From Candidatus Eiseniibacteriota bacterium (GTDB lineage Bacteria; Eisenbacteria; RBG-16-71-46; CAVPCR01): a DNA stretch of 64,000 bases. The stretch lies in NCBI GenBank assembly GCA_963702435.1, contig CAVPCR010000001.1:544001-608000 (forward strand), given 5' to 3'. The notes beneath the pieces were generated by a model. That model had not been told where the DNA came from, did no database searches, and worked only from the letters and a program-made list of their open reading frames with translations. Both the position numbers and the translations under genes were made by a program. Below are positions 59,749 to 64,000 of this stretch, in pieces. Numbering within the stretch: position 1 is the first letter of the stretch; the number at the start of each line of letters is the position of its first letter.

Positions 59749-60696
59749 TCAGTCGACGACTTCCCCCACGGGCAGGATGAAGGTCTCGGGGTCGACCGCC
59801 CGCCCGTTCACATTCACCTCGTAATGGACATGCGGGGCCGTGGTGCGCCCGCTCGTCCCCACGCGCGCGATCTCCTGCCAGCGCTTCACCTGCTGCCCGA
59901 CTCTGACCTCGATGTCGAGGAGGTGGGCGTAGGTCGTCTGGACCCCGTGACCGTGGTCGATCCTCACCGTGCGCCCGTACCCGGCATCGCTGTCGGCGAA
60001 GACGACGCGGCCATGCGCCGTGGCCAGAACGGGCGTGCCCCGCGCGGCGGACAAGTCGACTCCGCGATGGAAGGCGTCCACTTCCGTGAACGGATCAACG
60101 CGCGTGCCGTAGTCTGACGTGATGTTCCCCTCGCGCACGGGGGCGATCGAGGGAACGCGCGACCAGTAGTCGCGCCTGGCCTCGAGGCTCGCCGCGATCT
60201 CGAGGAAGCTGTGGCGCGCCAGCTCCGCCCGGCGCAGGAGCTCATCCACGCTCTGCGTCGCCTGCGCGGTGACGAGCGCACCCTCGGGATCCACCGCGGC
60301 CAGCGGATCGTTCCGGGTGAAGTCGGGACCGCCCACGCCCATCCGGCGGACTTCCGGGTCGATGGACGGCAGGTCGGCGAGGACGCGCAGCCGCTCCTCG
60401 AGGAGCGCGCTTTCGCCCAGCCGGCGGTGCAGACGGTCGAGGTCGTCGTCGAGGGCCCGCACCCGCTGCTTGAGGAGCGCGTTCTCCTTGGCGAGGCTCA
60501 CGAGCCCGATCCCCCGCACGAGCCCCGACGGCCAGAGAATGGTTGCGGAGACGAAGCCGAAGAGGAAGAGCACGACCACGAGCAGGGAGCGGCGGATGAA
60601 GGACGGCCGGAGCCAGATGGTGCGGATCGGCGAGTGGCCGGAGTCCGGCACGATCAGAACTGTGAAGCCTTGCTCTGTGGATCGTAGCTTCTTCAA
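59749..60696 (-). CDS. M23-family metallopeptidase with TM anchor and coiled coil
   Basis: HRGVD, YAHL, GRTTAPHVHYEV; TTG start inferred. Confidence 0.9.
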   Translation of the reverse strand: MKKLRSTEQGFTVLIVPDSGHSPIRTIWLRPSFIRRSLLVVVLFLFGFVSATILWPSGLVRGIGLVSLAKENALLKQRVRALDDDLDRLHRRLGESALLEERLRVLADLPSIDPEVRRMGVGGPDFTRNDPLAAVDPEGALVTAQATQSVDELLRRAELARHSFLEIAASLEARRDYWSRVPSIAPVREGNITSDYGTRVDPFTEVDAFHRGVDLSAARGTPVLATAHGRVVFADSDAGYGRTVRIDHGHGVQTTYAHLLDIEVRVGQQVKRWQEIARVGTSGRTTAPHVHYEVNVNGRAVDPETFILPVGEVVD

Positions 60697-60833
60697 TAGT
60701 GGACCTCCCGGAAGGTGAGGAGGTGGACGGACGTCTTGTCCGGCCCGGAGACCGGGCGATGGGCTCTGGAGGAGCGCCCGCACGAGAGCAAAGCCATGCC
60801 GCGAGGCCGAGTTACTTGCGGCAGCACGGCGAG

Positions 60834-60862
60834 AAGGTAGCGGAATCACCCCCACCTGTCAA
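60834..60862 (-). promoter_or_regulatory. Sigma70-like promoter for the M23/amidase/PAP2 genes
   Basis: Minus strand TTGACA-17 nt-TACCTT. Confidence 0.55.
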
Positions 60863-61049
60863 CCGGGCGGACAGGTCGCCCAGTCGCCCGGCCCGTTCCG
60901 GATCGCCGCCGCCATCCGGCCTCGTGAGCTATTATCGGCCCGCGGAGTCTGGATCTGAATGGGTCGCCTGCATCCGGGGCGGAGCCCCGGGGCCAAGGAC
61001 CCGGACCTGCCGGCCGGCCACCGGCCAAAGCCCAGCTCCAGCTTTTAAC

Positions 61050-61844
61050 ATGAATCCCAATAACAATTTAAATCAAAAGCCCGACCCCGGGCCCGGTCGC
61101 GAACGGACGCCCGATTCCCCGCAGCGGGCCATTTTCCTGTCCGATTGCCACCTCGGCCTGGAAGGCACGCCGGCCGAGCGGGAACGGGAGGCACGGATCG
61201 TTCGCTTCCTCGACTCCCTGAATCCGCACGCGGACTCCCTGTTCATCGTGGGCGACCTCTTCGACTTCTGGTTCGCCTACCGGCGCGCCATTCCCCGGGG
61301 CGGCTTCGCCGTCCTGGCTGCGCTCCGGAACCTCCGCCGGCAGGGGATGGCGATCACCTTCGTCGGCGGGAACCACGACTTCTGGGCCCTCCCCTTCCTC
61401 CGGGACGAGCTCGGGATCGAGGTCGCCGACGGCGTCCTCTCGAGGTCGCTCCACGGCCGCCGCTTCTATATCGCGCACGGCGACGGACTTGGGAGCGGCG
61501 ACCACGGGTACAAGCTCCTCAAGACCATCCTCCGGAATCCGCTGGCCATCGCCCTCTACCGCCTCATCCATCCCGACCTCGGCATCCGCCTCGCCACCCT
61601 GTCCTCGCATGCCTCCCGCGAGAGCCAGACGCTCGACCCGGCCCTGGCGGATCGCATGTTCGACGAGGTTGCGACTCCCGCCTTCGCCGCGGGACATGAT
61701 GTGGTGGTCCTCGGCCATCTCCATCTTCCTACCCTGCGCGAGGAAGGGACGCACGCCATGGCCATCCTCGGGGACTGGGTCGAGAACTACACATACCTGA
61801 GCGTGGAGGGCGGGCGCCTCCGGCTCGAGCGCTTTACCGGTTAG
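61050..61844 (+). CDS. lpxH: UDP-2,3-diacylglucosamine hydrolase-like metallophosphoesterase
   Basis: SDCHLG, GDLFDFW, GNHD, HGD, GHLH, LGDW; start uncertain. Confidence 0.85.
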   Translation: MNPNNNLNQKPDPGPGRERTPDSPQRAIFLSDCHLGLEGTPAEREREARIVRFLDSLNPHADSLFIVGDLFDFWFAYRRAIPRGGFAVLAALRNLRRQGMAITFVGGNHDFWALPFLRDELGIEVADGVLSRSLHGRRFYIAHGDGLGSGDHGYKLLKTILRNPLAIALYRLIHPDLGIRLATLSSHASRESQTLDPALADRMFDEVATPAFAAGHDVVVLGHLHLPTLREEGTHAMAILGDWVENYTYLSVEGGRLRLERFTG

Positions 61845-61895
61845 TCGCGCCCGGCCGGCCGCCCGCCAGCCCGGACATCTTCGAGATCTCCACGA

Positions 61896-61924
61896 TTGAC
61901 AGGCCGCTCCGCCGCGGATAGATT
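61896..61924 (+). promoter_or_regulatory. Near-consensus sigma70 promoter
   Basis: TTGACA-17 nt-TAGATT. Confidence 0.75.
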
Positions 61925-61930
61925 GACAGT

Positions 61931-62708
61931 CTCACCGCCAGGGGCGCTTTGAGGCCGGTCTTCGAGCCGGCCGCGGTCCCCCGGGTCGCGATCTCCGCTC
62001 CGACCGGGCTCTGATTGCGAACGCGACCCGCCTCCAGCTCGAGACCGGGACCGACCGAGAGCGCGATGGCGCCCGCACGGCGCCCCGTGGTGTTCCGGCC
62101 CGGGCTGGAAGTTCCGGCCCACGATGCAAGCCTTCGGGTTGGTCAGCGCGCTCGGAAAGCGCCCTCGGGCATCGGTGCGCCGCAGCCGACGTCGAGGCGA
62201 AGGACCTTCCAGGTCGACTGAGCGAGAATCGGAAGAGAGACCGCCCGATTTCGATGGACTGCGGAGCGGACACGCCACGCTGAGGCGCGCAGCGCGCTAA
62301 CAAGCCTCACCGTCCTCCGCAGGCGCTGGAATGGCCGGCGCGATGGAGCCCGCACCCGACCGGCCACGGAGACCTGATCCTGGACCGCGATGATCGCGGG
62401 GTTCGCCCTGAGTCCGGTCCGGTGCAGGCTGATCTGCGGTGCAGGCGACTCGCGCTCCCCGGCGCGGAGCGCTCGAGCAGGAGATCACAGTCCCCACGTT
62501 TGCGCGCCTGGTCCGGCGCGATCTCGACCGATAGACGACCGAAAGGGCTTCGACGAGCAGGATGGGCCCCACGCATCATCGCGTGCTGGCCTGACGTGAA
62601 GAGCCCTCACCGCCCGCAGGCCGGCAACCGGCCGGGCGAACGTCGGCGCGGACCGCGCCCGGTGCGCAGTCATGGACCGCGAACGACCGGATGGGAGGAT
62701 GTCTCAGG
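61931..62708 (+). ncRNA. Candidate large structured RNA or very long rho leader (~780 nt)
   Basis: Begins at the predicted TSS; no credible ORF; many nested helices, UUCG/GAAA loops and an internal 18-nt repeat. Confidence 0.5.
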
Positions 62709-64000
62709 ATGACGAAGTCATCCCGTTCCTGGGGGCGGCGCCCTCGGGGCGGACAGGCACGAGCCAACGAAGGTGAAGAGGCGGCCGATCCTCGCCACCG
62801 CGACGAGCGGAGCGGCGAGCAGGCCGAGAGAGAGACGGCCCCCGCCGGAAACCCGCAGCGGACCCGGCGCGAGCATCGGCGGCCGAGCGCTGGCGAGCGC
62901 GACCGGGAGCCGCAGAGCCGCCCGTCCCGGCAGCGCGGGCAGCCGGAGAACCAGGCGCCGGGGCGCCCCCGCGAGGCTCCGGAGCGCGGGCCGCGGGATG
63001 CACGGCCCGCAGCCGAAGCACGCGCGCCACGCCGGCACCGGGCCCGGCCCCCGGGAGCCGAGCGGCCGGTGCCGCGCCGGGAGGCCACCCACTTCGATCG
63101 CGATCCCGAGCGCCGCGGTCGCCGCCGCCCGCAACCGGGCGGTCCGGGGTATCCCGACGGCAACCGCCTCGCGCGCGGGGGGGGACCCGCCGATACCCGG
63201 AGCGGCCGCCCGTCATGGTCCGATCCGACAGCCCAGCGATCGGCCCGCTACCGGCCGCGGCGCGGCCCCGGCGAGGAGCTGACCCCGGCCCCGGGCTCTC
63301 GCTACCGGCAGCGCCCCGGCGGACAGCCGCCGGGTCCCGAGCGGGAGCGCGGCGGGCGCGGCCGCCCCGGCCCCGAGGGAAGATCCCCTTTCACTCGCAG
63401 AAAACTGCGGTCAGCCCCGGACGTGAACACGGCGACCCTGACCGACCGGCGCGAGCGCCGCGGGGGTCACGCCGAGCGGCCGGCCCGGCGCTCCGATCGC
63501 GGCCACCCCGCCCAGGTCCGGGAGCGTTCCGCGCCGGCCACGGCGCCGGCACTCCGAACGCCGCGCGACCTGGTCGGCGAGGCCGAGGGAGTGCTCGAGC
63601 TCTCCGATCGCGGATTCGGGTTCCTGCGCCAGACCAGGCGCATGTACCACCCGACGGCCGAGGATGTCTTCGTGCCGCCGGGTCTGATCCGGGAGCTCAA
63701 GCTCCGGGAAGGGCTGCGCCTCGCCGGAGGTGCGAGCCGCGCGCGCAACGGCGGGCTCGAGCTGGCTCGCGTCGACACGGTGAACGGGCATTCGATCGAC
63801 GTCTACGAGCGGCTCAAGCCGCTCGAGGACCTGACCCCGACCGATCCCGACGAGCGGCTCCGTTTCGCCACCGGCCCCGAACCGGTGACCACCCGTGTCG
63901 TCGACCTCATCACACCGATCGGCAAGGGACAGCGGGCTCTCATCGTGGCCCCGCCGCGCACCGGGAAGACGGTTCTCCTCCAGCAGATGGCGCACGGCAT
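62709..64000 (+). CDS. rho: Transcription termination factor Rho with ~290-aa disordered N-terminus, partial (runs off window end)
   Basis: Missing from ORF track. Frame read by hand is open from 62595; ATG 62709 with GGAGG; EGVLE..GFGFLR..DVFVP, TRVVDLITPIGKGQRALIVAPPRTGKT. Confidence 0.92.
   Translation, partial: MTKSSRSWGRRPRGGQARANEGEEAADPRHRDERSGEQAERETAPAGNPQRTRREHRRPSAGERDREPQSRPSRQRGQPENQAPGRPREAPERGPRDARPAAEARAPRRHRARPPGAERPVPRREATHFDRDPERRGRRRPQPGGPGYPDGNRLARGGGPADTRSGRPSWSDPTAQRSARYRPRRGPGEELTPAPGSRYRQRPGGQPPGPERERGGRGRPGPEGRSPFTRRKLRSAPDVNTATLTDRRERRGGHAERPARRSDRGHPAQVRERSAPATAPALRTPRDLVGEAEGVLELSDRGFGFLRQTRRMYHPTAEDVFVPPGLIRELKLREGLRLAGGASRARNGGLELARVDTVNGHSIDVYERLKPLEDLTPTDPDERLRFATGPEPVTTRVVDLITPIGKGQRALIVAPPRTGKTVLLQQMAHG

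Noticed and set aside
62338..62400. Fluoride riboswitch (GCGATGGAG resemblance)
   Set aside because: The downstream pseudoknot partner is absent and no fluoride-related gene follows
61931..62708. tmRNA or RNase P RNA
   Set aside because: No GAGGAAAGUCC RNase P motif and no tRNA-like 3' end or tag frame found by eye; needs cmscan to exclude fully
62773..63400. Non-coding or separate 169-aa gene upstream of rho
   Set aside because: Better explained as the in-frame N-terminal extension of Rho starting at 62709
258..64000. Many long ORFs antisense or out of frame to real genes (e.g. 52775-56383 +, 37375-39792 +, 8721-11123 -, 63411-63995 -)
   Set aside because: Shadow ORFs expected at high GC; Arg/Ala/Gly-rich with no motifs and overlapping well-supported genes

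Overview
High-GC diderm bacterial chromosome segment. FlgD-Ig C-terminal domains and a C-terminal TWGxIK motif suggest an Eisenbacteria/Latescibacterota-like lineage, but that is inference. In order: secreted and lipoprotein genes (1-8.2 kb); a PPIase; a minus-strand housekeeping run (ECF ATPase, larC/larB, S41 protease, tmk, inositol-3-phosphate synthase plus CDP-alcohol phosphatidyltransferase, rsmI, nadE with a decayed C-N hydrolase relic, ltaE, HU); a Fur-box-preceded iron locus (fur, feoB, Cys-rich protein, DtxR-FeoA, porin, FMN-binding protein, cytochrome-b-like/ApbE fusion); mobA, two glycosyltransferases, mdh, folE, a PTPS-family gene and a peptidase-propeller-Omp85 protein; an 11-subunit nuo operon lacking nuoEFG, with clustered frameshifts; an S8 protease and envelope genes; and the 5' part of rho, which the ORF track misses. 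Best leads: (1) a ~780-nt promoter-driven, hairpin-dense non-coding region before a Rho with a ~290-aa disordered N-terminus; (2) a ~130-nt rod-like small RNA with its own promoter and U-tract between hup and ybbR; (3) the flavinylation-linked Feo iron locus. No CRISPR, rRNA, tRNA or transposase was seen. RNA structures were paired by eye, not computed.
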